A DNA stretch of 63,075 bases, the filler included, from Vannella sp. (taxonomy: Eukaryota), in NCBI GenBank assembly GCA_023345925.1. It is 5 parts of 5 records of this genome, joined end to end, with 100 filler letters (N's around TTAATTAATTAA, not from the genome) between each part and the next. Parts side by side here need not be neighbours in the genome. Positions count along the whole stretch, not along the records: positions 9,700 to 40,385 come from JAJQQN010001351.1; positions 40,486 to 46,900 come from JAJQQN010000898.1; 3 more parts are not named here. One strand, written 5' to 3'. This document shows positions 34,452-46,322 of this stretch, in pieces. The position numbers were made by a program, and so were the translations under genes. Each line of letters begins with the position of its first letter. Within the stretch, counting starts at the first letter, position 1. The notes beneath the pieces were generated by a model. It did not search any database. It was not told where the DNA came from and worked only from the letters and a program-made list of their open reading frames with translations.

Positions 34452-35586
34452 ATGTCTCGGAGTCAGGCTGAGCGGGATCAGAAGCGCTGGTTTCAGGCTG
34501 TGTTTGCGAACGACTTGGTGACGTGCAGGACCTTCTTACAGAACAAAGCGGTCCCTGTGGACGCGAAGCACATCGACGAGTGGACTGCTCTTCACATCGC
34601 CTCTTGGTACGACTTTCGGGAGATGGTGGACCTGCTTCTGGCCCACGACGCAGACGTCAACAACCAGAAGGCAGATGGGTGCACGCCTATCTATCTGGCT
34701 TGCCAACTGGGACGGACAGAGCTTGTACGGCACTATCTCACTCTCAACGCGAACATCGACGCTCGTCGTACCTGCGGGGCCACTCCTCTGTACATAGCAG
34801 CACAGGAAGGGAAAGAAGAGGTTGCACGTCTTCTTCTCGACCACGGAGCAGCTGTGAACGCGACCAAGCATGATGGGGCAACGGCCTTCTACATTGCCTG
34901 CCAGAAGAACCACGTGGCTCTGGTGCAACTGCTCCTAGAGAGAGGAGCAGAGATGAACCATGTGCAGCAAGCAGGAGCTACGGGCTTCTACGTGGCTTGC
35001 AAGGAGAGCTCCAATGCTGTTGTACGTTTCTTGTTGGAGCGTGGAGGGATCGATATCAACCACAGTACCAACATTGGGAGAACTTCACTGCATGTGGCTT
35101 GCACTAGCCTCAACCTCGAAGTGATCGGACTTCTCTTGGACCACGGAGCGAACATCGATCAACAGAACCAGCACGGAGAGGTCCGTATCTCCCTCTCTAG
35201 CCGCGATCGTTTGTTAGCTAACTCTTCCTTAGACTCCTCTTCACTGTGCAGCTGAAATGAGCTCTCCAGAGGTTGTCAAATTTCTGTTAGAGCGTGGCGC
35301 CAACAGCTCCCTCAAGACAGTGCGTCCCTTCACTCTCTCATCAGCCAGCGAGCTAACCAGACCCCCCACTTCCTAGAACAATGACAAGCTGCCCGTGGAT
35401 CTCACTACGGACGATCGTGTGAAGGAGCTCATCTCATCCGCCGATCATCTTCGAGAAGGTGCGACATTCCCGTCTCCCCAGCGCTTCATGGCGAGTTATA
35501 ACGAACACCTTGCTACAGAGTTCATGGTGAGCTCCAGCTCTCGCTTGCGTCGAACCAAAAACGCTCGAAATAGAGCTCCACAGTAA
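34452..35586 (+). CDS. Ankyrin-repeat protein, multi-exon, 3' end uncertain
   Basis: About 8 repeats of G.T(P/A)L(H/Y)IA....G..(E)V...LL..GA. Confidence 0.9.
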
Positions 35587-35728
35587 GGCCGATTTGTATA
35601 TTTCCCCATTCCTGCCCTCTTTGCTGGCGACTGGCTGATCTCTTGCTACCTACAACCTTTCCACTCCCCGTAGTGATAAAGAAGCCGCTGTTTGTATGAG
35701 CAAGAGTCCTCTTTAGCTCTCTGCAAGG

Positions 35729-37293
35729 TTACATTCCATTCCCAGCGCTGAACTGGTGCACTTTGAGCTTCGTATCGGCACCTCCGCTGAGGAATAGATC
35801 GTCGGCGTACCAAGCCACACAAAGAGCCTTCTGCTCGTGAGCTGGAATGGAGTGGAGGGCGAACTCGCTTCGTTTGTCCCAAATCTTCACGTTTCCGTCG
35901 TGGGATGCGGATGCAAAGAGATGCTCTGCTGTAGGATGCCATTGCACAGAGGGAACCCAAGCTTTGTGGGACTTGAACTGACCCACCACGAGCTGCCCCT
36001 TCGAACGAGGGTCCCAAAGTCTGACTGTTCGGTCGGCATGGCCGCTGAGGATCAATGGCGAGCGTGATGTCAACGAGATAGAGTACACAGGTGTTCCTCC
36101 GTACATCTTGCGGGTGCAAATGCCCGTGGGAAGGTCCCAGCATCGAATAGAGTGATCCCACGCGCCGCTCCAGCATTGGGAGTCCTCCACCCACTGCAGG
36201 GACGCCACACACCCCACATGCTCAGACATCCTGAGCACAGGCTTCTATTTGCAAGAGTCAGATCTCCTCTACAAGCCCAAAGGAAGGAGGAAACGTACTC
36301 TCTTAGGTTCTGTCTTTTGCCGCTTCGCACTGGGCTCCTCCTCATTCTCCTGGTCTCCAAGATCGAACTCGTTAAAGTCCCATCCAAACATTGTCCCATC
36401 GAAGGCGCCACTGATGAACTATCAAGAGAGAATGGGGTCAGGTCCGCGCCCCAACTCACCAAACAAGGCCAACTAACCTTATCCTCCGATGGGGATACAG
36501 CCAAACTCTCGATAGAAGCCTGGTGCACACGAAACTCGCCAAGCAGAGCGTCTTTACGCGCGATCATCAAACTTCCTTGCTGGGAGGCCTGATGAGGGCG
36601 CTTAACTTGCCACCACTTGATCGTAAAGTCCTGTGAAGCTGTCAGGAGCTGTGTCTTCTTCCCATCTATCATCAGCAATCCCTGATCAGCCATCCAGCGA
36701 GGTAAAAGGGCGGAAGCGCACCGCTCTTCAAGAATTGGATCGCTTTGATGGGCTTTGCGTGAGCAGCGATCACTAAGGATGCTTCAAACTGGAAGGGATC
36801 AGACTCTTTCTGAGTCCAGAAGCGCGCAGTGCCGTCGTAGCCGCCAGAGCAAGAGTATTTACCCATCGCTGAGGCAATACAGCTGATCCAGTCCTCGTGC
36901 TCGCACTCTGACTTCTCCTGGGGCGCTTCTAAGGCAAGAACATACTCCAGCTCTAACACAATGTCTTCATGTGAGAGGGAGCGAGCCTTCAGGTACTTGA
37001 GTAAGGAAGTTCGCAAGAACTTGTCCTCAATGAGAATATCGAACGGCTGGGGCTTCTCTACAAGCTCCCAAAGTCAGACAGAAGCTTCTACTACCTGATC
37101 GGGACGTACCAAGCTGTAGTAGGTTGTTCAAGACCTCAGATAGACCGTACCGAGCAAGAGAGAGCGGAACATAATACACCGACTCGGGCGCTTTCCAGTT
37201 CTCCTGCTCCAGCTTGGTTACAAACTTCACTTGCACCTTCTCCTCTTCCTCCATCGCTTCATCTTCACTCGAAACTACCCAGTCGTCCGCCAT
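35729..37293 (-). CDS. WDR12: Ribosome biogenesis protein WDR12/Ytm1 (NLE + WD40), multi-exon
   Basis: VQVKFVTK..RYGLSEVLNNLL..PFDILI..FLRTSL..ELEY, HEDWIS, WDHSIRCWD, RLWDPR, SGGAD. Confidence 0.9.
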
Positions 37294-37351
37294 CCAACGA
37301 ACAACGCCTTCACGAAATGAACCCTTTCTCCCATTCCCCATCCTAAGTGAC

Positions 37352-37378
37352 AGGGTTTAGGGTTTAGGGTTTAGGGTT
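37352..37378 (+). repeat. Interstitial TTTAGGG telomere-type repeat (~3.9 units)
   Basis: AGGGTTTAGGGTTTAGGGTTTAGGGTT. Confidence 0.85.
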
Positions 37379-37713
37379 GGGGCATAACGCAAGGTTTTCT
37401 GCAGATTCTTTTCCGCTTCAGAGTTAGCAGGCGAGATGGAGATGACTTCTTTTTACAAGCTAACAGAGTGCTCTACCTTCAGTTCCATCGTTTCTTTCTG
37501 ATCTACAATGGCGACATTGTCCACGCGTCACTTTCCTTTCTAGGATGGTATTCTCTCAATCAGTTTTCCCCAAACTTTGTTGCGAAAGTGGAACTCTCTT
37601 CCGAGTCGCCCTTCTAGACATTGCAGAAGCTCGGAAGGCTTTGGAATCCGGAGGATCCTTTGCTGCCAAGTCATCCTCATAGCCATTCCTTCATACATTC
37701 CTTCATTCATTGA

Positions 37714-39866
37714 TCATCGCAAAGTGCGCGATCCTCCAGAAACATCCAAAGCGAGAATGCGATCATAAATGAGCGAGAAATTGGGCCTTGCGTCGGCGTC
37801 TTCCAACCAACAATCGGAGAGAATTTCTCGAAGCTCTGGAGGAATGGAGTCTTCCAGTTCCGGCGGAAGTGTGTGTGTCATGAAAGCTACGGAAGCCTGT
37901 GCCAGTGACAGATTGGGAAAGAGTGGCTGTTTCGTATGCATGTGCCACAGGATTAAAGCCAAGGACCAAACGTCTTGGTTATTCCCTGGCTGTGGATTGA
38001 CCTCTTTCCGAGACAAGTCTGCCAGCTGGACTCTTCTTTTCTCCCTGAGTTCGGCATCTGCATAAAAATCATAAATATGGGAACGGATGCAGATGGGAGA
38101 CGAGCGCATACCACGTATGAGAGAGTCCTTCTTAGCTGAGAACTCTTGTTTTTGGAAGGCTTTGAGAATGCTCTTGATCTTCCCAAGCCATTGTCTCTTC
38201 TCTTCTGAATGACTGGAGCTCAAAAAGTAGGAGAGAGTCTCTCCTTTGATCTCAAAGCCGTTAGAAAAGTCAATATTATCTGAATGGTCCACCACTCGGG
38301 ATCCTTTGAGAGGAATAAAGTGACAGAAGGTGGCCTCCTTGCTAGAATCACCAATCTTCTTCGGTTTGGTGAGGAGAATAGAATCGCTAAAGAGATGAAT
38401 CGTTCGGAGCCGTTTTGTCTTTCCCTCGAGTTGGAAGATCTCTCCTTCGTCCACAAACTTCCTGGAGGGCAATAAGAGAGACTAATAAAACTATGAGATA
38501 GAGATTCGAAGAAGGCGGGGAGGAATACGAACTGGACAGCCTTCAACTCGATGCTGCAAGTCAACAAGGTGCTGTTGGCTTTCGCCCGCTCGCTTGCGCT
38601 CATTAATGTACTTTACAACATCTGAAAGTTGATTCAACGCAACACTGATGTTCTCATAGTCCTCGTGGCTTTCCTCTGTGTTCTTTAGCAACTCCTACTG
38701 GAAAGTGAGCGACTTTCCTTCCATTTGGATCCAAAAGGAACTCACTCTCAATAATAGTGGATATTTACAAAGCCGTTGCATTGGTTTGATGAGAAGAACA
38801 GGAAGATCCAGCTGGCGGCAATGGGGATTCAGTTTCTGAACCTAAAAAGAGCATTAATGGAACACACTTCCGTTCGATTTCCTTTCTCGTACTCTGAGAT
38901 GTTCAGCGTACGGTTGGCACTCAACGAGAAGCTTTTTGTGAGTGTTTAAAGCGGTTTGCTGTGCAATACAGTACATCGTATAAAGGCGGAAGAAATTACT
39001 CTACAAAGTGAGTCAGAGCCTTTCCCCTCGCAAGGATTTTGCTTCTCTTGAGAGAAACCCACCAATTTGAGAAAAACATCTCCCACGATGATGTTAGTAT
39101 CTCCTTGGATGCTTTGGCGCTCTTTAAAGTCCGCGAGTAAGTCACTATTGATCTGAAAGATGACTTCAATGTTCCCAAATATACTCTGGAGGGACTCCTT
39201 GGGGATGCTTTTGTCCCAGCGTAGAGGCTCTAAGAAGAAGTCAATAATGAGCTTAAGATCAGACACGTATTGAGTCTCCGTGCTGATGATTTCGTCGATT
39301 ATGAGCTTTCGTTGTCGCATTGGGTCGTCCAAGGCTAAGTTTGTGGGTCGAACAGATACACTATGAGAGTACTCTCTCGTGCGTGGGGTTCCCCCGGTTC
39401 CAAAGGGAGCTTCTTCTTCGCGTGAGATGGCAACGGAAGGGCGCCCTCCCGCTATGCTTTGGCGGCGATCTCTGACTGTGTTGATGAAGCGAGTGGATAG
39501 AGTAGACTTCTTCTTTGCTTGTCGGCTGTCAGAGGTTGAAGGAGCCTCACGAAGGACCGGAGGCACCTTTGGAGCGCTTTCATCGAGTGGGGGAGAGGGC
39601 GTTTCCAGTTCTTCTTGGACTTGAACAGAGATATGTTGAAGAGACTCGAAAGGGGCCGATTGGATTCGCGTCCGCTTCGTCTGGTCTCGTGATTGAAAGG
39701 TTTCCACCAAACTCTCCGCCCATTCGTCTTCTGTCTTGCTGACAGGCTTGCTCTCGAGCCATGTTGACGAATCCGCTGTATCAGAAGGTCTCCTCTTCAC
39801 CTTGTGCTTTGCCTTCGCCTTCTTTGGAAGAGGCAATTCGTCCAAACCAGCTGCACTCGGCTCCAT
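37714..39866 (-). CDS. RhoGEF (DH-PH) with C-terminal kinase C-lobe remnant, multi-exon
   Basis: EIISTETQYV, IFGNIE, LIKPMQRLCKYPLLL, INERKR; PH HLFSDSIL..EKRQW; DVWSLALILW..CW..RP. Confidence 0.88.
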
Positions 39867-40385
39867 CTCCCTATCAACTGGTCCAATAACGGAGGTTTCC
39901 CAGTCTCCTCACAACTCAGCGTTCAGCTTGACCTCATATCAATGTGAAATGAGACTCCTGCGAACGAGGTGGTGTTTATGGAGCCCAGGAGGACACGAGG
40001 GTAGAAGGCTAATAAGAAGGGTCAAGGCCATGGATGCCAAGATGAGGACAAATAGGATGAAGATGAGGACAAACAAGATGTTGAACTTGGTGCAGCAAAC
40101 CGGACCGGGATGGGACAAGAACGGGACGGGACGACGGGACGAATTTGAGGGTTTAGTAGGGTTAAGTGACGAGGGAATTTGTGTATACGGATAAGCCTAG
40201 CTCCAATTGGCTTAGTTCTGACAAATGGAGCATCTGAAGCTCAGTGACCGTTACCTTCCGTTACAATAGAAGATGCCTCTCCCGCCTGCCTGTGTAAAAA
40301 GCCTCGTCCCTAGGCTTCCTCCTCATTCTTTTCCAGCCTCCTCTCCTCACAGGGGAGTAATACACTCACCAGTTCCTCAACCAGT

Positions 40386-40485
40386 NNNNNNNNNNNNNNN
40401 NNNNNNNNNNNNNNNNNNNNNNNNNNNNNTTAATTAATTAANNNNNNNNNNNNNNNNNNNNNNNNNNNNNNNNNNNNNNNNNNNN
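40386..40485. other. Artificial contig spacer
   Basis: N44-TTAATTAATTAA-N44. Confidence 0.99.
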
Positions 40486-40609
40486 CTCCCCTCCTCTCCT
40501 CTTCCCTTATCTCTTCATACACTCCATCTTCATACACTTGACCACTTGACAATGAATGGAGCAACGAGGAAGGGGAAATGTCATTTTCTGTGCAGAGGGG
40601 AAAAGGAAC

Positions 40610-41215
40610 ATGCCTCCCATCAACTTGAGCAAAGGAGGGAAGATCAACTTGACCAAGAGCAATCCCATCAACTTGGCAAAGAAGGAGAGCTTGGACTTCC
40701 TCCACATCGGCCTCGGCTGGGACGTGAAACAGGGAGGCGGGGACAACCTGGACCTCGATGCCATGGCCGTGTCCATCAACACGGACGGCAAGGCGAACCC
40801 CAAGTACGCATGCAACTTCTCGCAACTCTCCACACCCGACAAAGCCATCCATCACCTCGGCGACAACTTAACTGGCGAGGGAGAGGGCGATGACGAGGTC
40901 ATGCAGGTTTACCTCTCGCGCCTTCCCCAGGAGATTGCCGAGGTCCACTTCCGTGTGGTCATCTATCAAGCAGCTACTCGTGGGCAACACTTTGGCCAGG
41001 TGTCGAACGCTTTCATCCGCTTGGTGGACATGTCCACACGCACCGAGCTCTGTCGCTACACCCTGGGTAATGAGTTCTCTCTAGCTTCTGCAGTCTCTAT
41101 GGGCTTTGTCCGCCGCCAAGCCTCTGGGGAATGGGAGTTCGAGGCCGAAGGAGCTGTTATCGCCTCCATTCGCGCTGACCAAGTACGAGAACCCTCCAGC
41201 TGCCTCATCTGCTAA
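40610..41215 (+). CDS. TerD-family protein ending in a CaaX-like motif
   Basis: INLSKG, IGLGWD, DLDA, GDNLTGEGEGDDE, FGQVSNAFIRLVD, GEWEFEAEG; ends CLIC*. Confidence 0.92.
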   Translation: MPPINLSKGGKINLTKSNPINLAKKESLDFLHIGLGWDVKQGGGDNLDLDAMAVSINTDGKANPKYACNFSQLSTPDKAIHHLGDNLTGEGEGDDEVMQVYLSRLPQEIAEVHFRVVIYQAATRGQHFGQVSNAFIRLVDMSTRTELCRYTLGNEFSLASAVSMGFVRRQASGEWEFEAEGAVIASIRADQVREPSSCLIC

Positions 41216-41294
41216 GAAGAACTCGTCAATACACGGCCTTCTCGCCTCAGAGACCTCCAAAGCAGTCATTTGGTGGGTCGCCCGCGGGTACTAC

Positions 41295-43479
41295 ATGGAA
41301 GCGGCCTCTTTGCTGGAGCTTCTAGAGGCGGGGACGATCTCTGAAGGGAGTGTGGTTAACGTAACACTTCCTCCTCAGTATAAGGCAGACGATGGGGGCC
41401 GCTTCTCTGCCACGGGAACGCTCAATGCTGCGGGAGAGATCAAGTTTGGACCCCGCCTCCGTTTCAATGAGTTGGTTGACTTTCACCAGTTCCTGAAAGT
41501 CTCTAGGGCTGATGCTCTACGGGCCAAGGGCCTCACTGCTCCCCGTAGCCCAGGGAAGCCGTACTTTAGCGTCGCAGCCAAGTCGACCGAGATCGACGGC
41601 TTCCCTCTTGTTGACCTCCTCGCCACTCACAGAGTCGGTGCTATTGAACCACACTCTTCCTACACACGAGCAAAGGCCCCTGGTCACATCTCCCTCTCGA
41701 GTGAGGAAGGACCGGACGAACAAGTCATCGCCAACCTCCACAACGCAGCGTTTGCTGGCTCAGAGGACTCTGCTTCTATCCAAGATGCCTCTTTAGATCC
41801 ATACAATGACGAGGAACTGCTTCCTGGGGGCTCCCCGTCGCTGTCGGTCGAGGAGTTACCCGATTGTCTCGCTCAAGAGATCGTTTCCTTTGGGGACGGA
41901 GACTTTGGAGTATCTGCCTACTCTGATGGACAGAGGAGCGCCTCCCCTTCACTTGGAATGGACGATCTACTGGACGAGGTCTCTCCCCCGATCGTCGGTT
42001 CGATCTCGTCGATTGGAAGGGAAGCGAACCAGACCATGGACATGCTCAGCCTTGATTCTCAATGCTCCCTCTACCATACAGACTCCACAGAGATCCGCCA
42101 CCATCAACGCCCTCGTCCTGAGGCAATAAGCACCCCTCCTCCTCGTGCAGTGGTGCGCTCTCCCGCCAGGGAGAAGCTCCTGAAGCACGCTGCCAAGCAG
42201 AAGATCCAAGAGATTCAGAAAACCAGGCAAACTGCCGCTTCCAAGTCACCGGAAGTGGGCTGGCAAGCACGAAAGCGTGGGCGCTCGCCTGCCAGAGCAA
42301 AGGAACCTGTTTTATCAAAGTTCTTTCCTCCTAAGAAGATACCAAGAACCAATGATGGCCCTTCTGAGCCTCATCCAGCTCCTGAATGTCCAGAACAAAA
42401 CAGTGGGAAAGTTCTTGGCTCTCCTGATCCATCAGAGGAAGACTCTGACATCACTATACACCCTCCTCCAGTCGCCTCTCCAAAGAAACCAGTTCGAAAC
42501 ACTCGAAAGCGATCCCCCATCGTCGAGAGTCCCCAAACTGAGCCCGGCACAGAATTCCCAGCGCCCCTCCCGGTGGCGAAATCAAAGTCTCCTGTCATGA
42601 AGAGTAGATTGAATCACATCGCAGAGATCTCTGATGCTTCCTCTTCAGACTATACGCCAGAGCCCTCCCCAATCAAAGAGGTTGGGCGCCTTCCAGTCAT
42701 TCTAACAACGGCTCTATCTCAAAGTATGGTCGACCAAATCAAAATGCTGGCCAAGAAATGTGGAGGCACCATCGTTCGAGAGTTCAGTGAGGAAGTAAGT
42801 CACTTGGTTGTGTTTTGTGACAAAGAAGGAACTCCCAAAACCACTTCCAAGTTCCACCAATGTATCTTGGCAGGCTGCCACATTGTCTCCTTCACATGTT
42901 AGTGGTCCATTCATCGTCAAATGACTCCTCCCATCTGACTAACATGTTGAGCAGGGGTTCTCGCGTCATTCAAGCACCAAAAGTGGCAAAGTGAGATCGA
43001 CTTCGTAGCCAGAGGTCATCCAGGAGTCGTTCAAGGGCGTCGCTGTCGCCTTACAAAGAGCCCGCGACTCTTTCAGGGCTATTCATTCCATTTGTTTGGA
43101 AAGTTTACCGTTCCTTCACGTGAAGACCTCATCTCAGTCATCCGCACGGGCAATGGCACCCTTTTGCCGCAGCTCCCAGCTCTTCCTAAAAATGACGAAG
43201 AGGCTTTGGCACGAGAGAATGTCATCATCTTATCGCATCTGGATACTCCTCATCAGGAAGCTGAAAATGTTTACTTTACATGCGGCGTCCACCCCTTAGG
43301 TGAGTCCTAGTCTGTGTCTGAGCGAGTTTGGGGACATACTAATGAAGAGGGAAGCTGTTCACTATCTGTTTGATTGCATTAGCCAGTACCAAGTTCTGAA
43401 TAACCGCCATTATCGATTCTTAGAGACTGATGAACCAGAGGAAGACGGTTTATCGGTGCCGATGTCCCTCGCCTTCTAA
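41295..43479 (+). CDS. Tandem-BRCT protein with putative N-terminal RAMA-like domain, 3 exons
   Basis: BRCT1 ILTTAL..VSHLVV..TSKFHQCILAGCHIVSFTWV; BRCT2 LFQGYSFHLFG..YLFDCIS; N-terminal LLELLEAG..GTLNAAGEI. Confidence 0.75.
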
Positions 43480-45588
43480 CAATGAAGCGCTTCCCTCATC
43501 TTCCAAAGAGGCACTATTGTTGGGCGCCCTGTTTGATTGGTCAATAAGATGGAGATGTGGATTGCAGACTCACCGTGGGCGCATAGAAAGGGAGAGGTAG
43601 TTTTTCCCAATGCTTCGATTAAACTGGAACATTGGCTTCGGTCCAAGAAATCCCCAAACTTGACCGCTCCGCGGCAAGCCATGGAGGCTTGAATTCTGCT
43701 GACAGAGCGTGGGCGAGTGACTGATCCAAGAGTGCTTTGTAACTGGTGAAGATACTCGACAATATCATTCGGTTCGCAACTGTGGGTGTTCGCAATGAGA
43801 GGTACGCCAGTCACAATCAAAACAGCCTCCCTCAGGGTGAATGTAAAACAGTTCCTCTCGATCGTCTCTCGATAGCAAAGTAAGATTTGCACCTCTTCAT
43901 TGGAAAGCTTCACAGTAACCGCTCTGTGGAGCGTTTTTGTTGATAGTAGCTCTGACTCCAAACGTTCCAACCTTACCCTCTCATCTGCTGCATGTTGATC
44001 GACTGCTAATCTGCAAAGAAAGTTATCATTCGATGGCAACTGAAAAGAGTTCTTACAGAAGTTGTCCGTGCTGAACGATGATGAAGCTCTCGCTCACCTG
44101 GCCAATCAGTTGCAGCTCTCTAATGTCACTTTGTTCTAACTTGATGCCCATCAACGGAGCCTCCTGCTTGGTCTCCTTGACATGAATTGGCCTCATGTGA
44201 TGTTCTCTCCATTTCTTCAAAAGTAAGGAAACAGGTGCGAACACATTTGCTTACCGAGAAATGCTCCTCCGCATGGGAAGATCTTTGGCTGTTGTGTTCA
44301 CTGGTGCGACGCACGAAAACCACTTCTTCACCTTCAACACTGAAGTTTGTCGGTCTTGGGAGTTTGGCAATAGCTTGCTCATGTGCCTTCGGCACAACAC
44401 TCATTTTCGTTAGATTGGGAGAGAAAAGAGAATCAAAGACTTTCTCTAAGTGAGTGGTAAGTTGCTTCAACAAAGAGAACTTGTAACCGCCTCCTTCAAA
44501 GTGCCACTGTAGCATTGATTCAGGAGCCTTCAAGTGGAGAACATGGCAGCAATAGTATTGCTTTGCGACTGTCCCGTGGGCACCTTGATCAAATCGTTTG
44601 TGGAACTTTTGGTAGATCCTCTGGATTATCTCAGAGATTGGATTGACTTCCTGGGAGAGTTTGCCATTGATAACTTTCATAGAATTACTTTGATTGTTCT
44701 CTAATTGATCCCCTTACCAATAATCTTTGGGTACTTCTGAGTGCAAGTCACTCCCGGAGAGGTTAACGCTCCTGTTAAACTTGTTCCTTTCCAGGTCTCA
44801 TCAATCTCCTGGCAATCTGATGCCACGATATCTCCTAGCTCCTGCAAAAAGAGCCTGGGGGACTTGGTCTACAGCATGTGAGGAGAGTTCAGGCAAGACT
44901 ATCTTACCTGGTAGAGAACGGTGCTTTGCAGGATCTCTCCACTCAAGTGAAGAGAACAAGTGAGCGATCCCTGCAAATGAAAAAGATAATTGGACAATCT
45001 GGAAAACTCCTTTCCTGCGTTGAAGGAACGAACTCGCACAGGAAAAGAAAGAAAACATCCAGACACCTTCACAGTAGTTCCTCTCACTTCAGGTACAGCG
45101 ACAGATATCCCTCTGTGGAGTTCTCCCCGCTGTTAGATCAGACATGGAGTTAGTGGAGCCACTCTTTCCTGTCTACACTTTTTCCTACCTGGAAAGAGAT
45201 TGAAGAGGCCCACTGAGAAGAGTCTGACTTGCTGATCAGGAGAATGTCTGAAATCCAAGAGAGAGAAAGAAGCGTCTTCCTGCTGATGGATGAGATCCGA
45301 AGGAGTTTGATCAGCCATGATGACGTACCACCGAGCAGAATCACGATCTTCCACATCCAATCCAGGCCCGCTGTCACGGATGACCAACTCTCCTAACGGG
45401 TCTTGTGGCCATTGTACTAAGAGCATCTCCGCTCCTGACTTCACAGCTACTACACAGTTAATGCAGCCCTTTCGGAGGTGCAGACTCTTGCCTTCTTCTA
45501 TCAACAAGATAGCTACGTGCGTCAAGCTAAAGATCTCTTTTGAAACGGCAACCCCCAAAGCAACAGACTCTTCCAAGCGCGAGAGCAT
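43476..45588 (-). CDS. MLH3: MutL family MLH3-like protein, multi-exon
   Basis: IGQV..FI, DQHAADERVRLE, ACRGAVKFGD, CAHGRP after removing an in-frame 45-nt intron; degenerate GHKL N-terminus. Confidence 0.8.
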
Positions 45589-45737
45589 CAAAGAATCCAA
45601 AATATCTCAAAATATCTGAATCGAGATCCGGTTCAGTCGTGAAGAAGGCTCCTTAGAAAGGGTTGCAGAACGAATGCAGACCCTTCCATTGACGCTATGG
45701 ATACAATTTAATTGAGTTGAGACTGACCGGGCGGCCA

Positions 45738-46322
45738 TTACATGAGAACGCACTTTTTCGGGTCTCCTGGAGTTGGGTTTGGGGGATGAATCAAAAGTTC
45801 CCGCTCGACCAATTGGTCTGCCACGACAGCAAAGAAGTCTTCAACTCCAAGAGAAGTTTTGGAGGAGACTTCAAAGTAGGGGAGATGCCCGGCAAACTCC
45901 AATGCCTCCAAGTGGTCATGATAGGATTTTGGGAGGGCCACATCACACTTAGTTCCAACAAGGAACAAGAGAGGCGGTGTATCGTTTGGGCTGAACCCTC
46001 TTTGTATAAACTCAAGATACTGACGACCGCCCCGATCGTAATCCTGCTGGGACAAGTCCATCACTATCACGAACGCGTGGAAGCTGCGATAGGGGATCGG
46101 GTGTTCCTGTCTACGACGTCCTGTGAGTTCCGAATAGTCTTCCCATAACTTGAGCGTAACGAGGTGTCCGGTTCTGCTCTGAATGATGCGGGAGCGGGGA
46201 TAGCGATCCTCTGTTGGGACATAGTTCTCGGAGAAGCTGTCTGAAGTGAATCTGAGGAAGATGCCTGTCTTTCCCACTTTAGGGGGCCCAACCAGGCCGA
46301 TACAAAACACGAACGAAGCCAT
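45738..46322 (-). CDS. Atypical Ras/Rab-like small GTPase with CaaX
   Basis: GPPKVGKT (G1), TKCD (G4), EVSSK (G5), CVLM*. Confidence 0.85.
   Translation of the reverse strand: MASFVFCIGLVGPPKVGKTGIFLRFTSDSFSENYVPTEDRYPRSRIIQSRTGHLVTLKLWEDYSELTGRRRQEHPIPYRSFHAFVIVMDLSQQDYDRGGRQYLEFIQRGFSPNDTPPLLFLVGTKCDVALPKSYHDHLEALEFAGHLPYFEVSSKTSLGVEDFFAVVADQLVERELLIHPPNPTPGDPKKCVLM

Noticed and set aside
37352..37378. True chromosome end
   Set aside because: Fewer than four units, with genes on both sides.
40486..41215. Bacterial contamination suggested by TerD
   Set aside because: The same contig carries intron-containing eukaryotic genes 80 bp away.
41106..41294. Overlap of the 598-aa ORF with TerD
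   Set aside because: Non-ATG ORF extension; the first plausible ATG is 41295.
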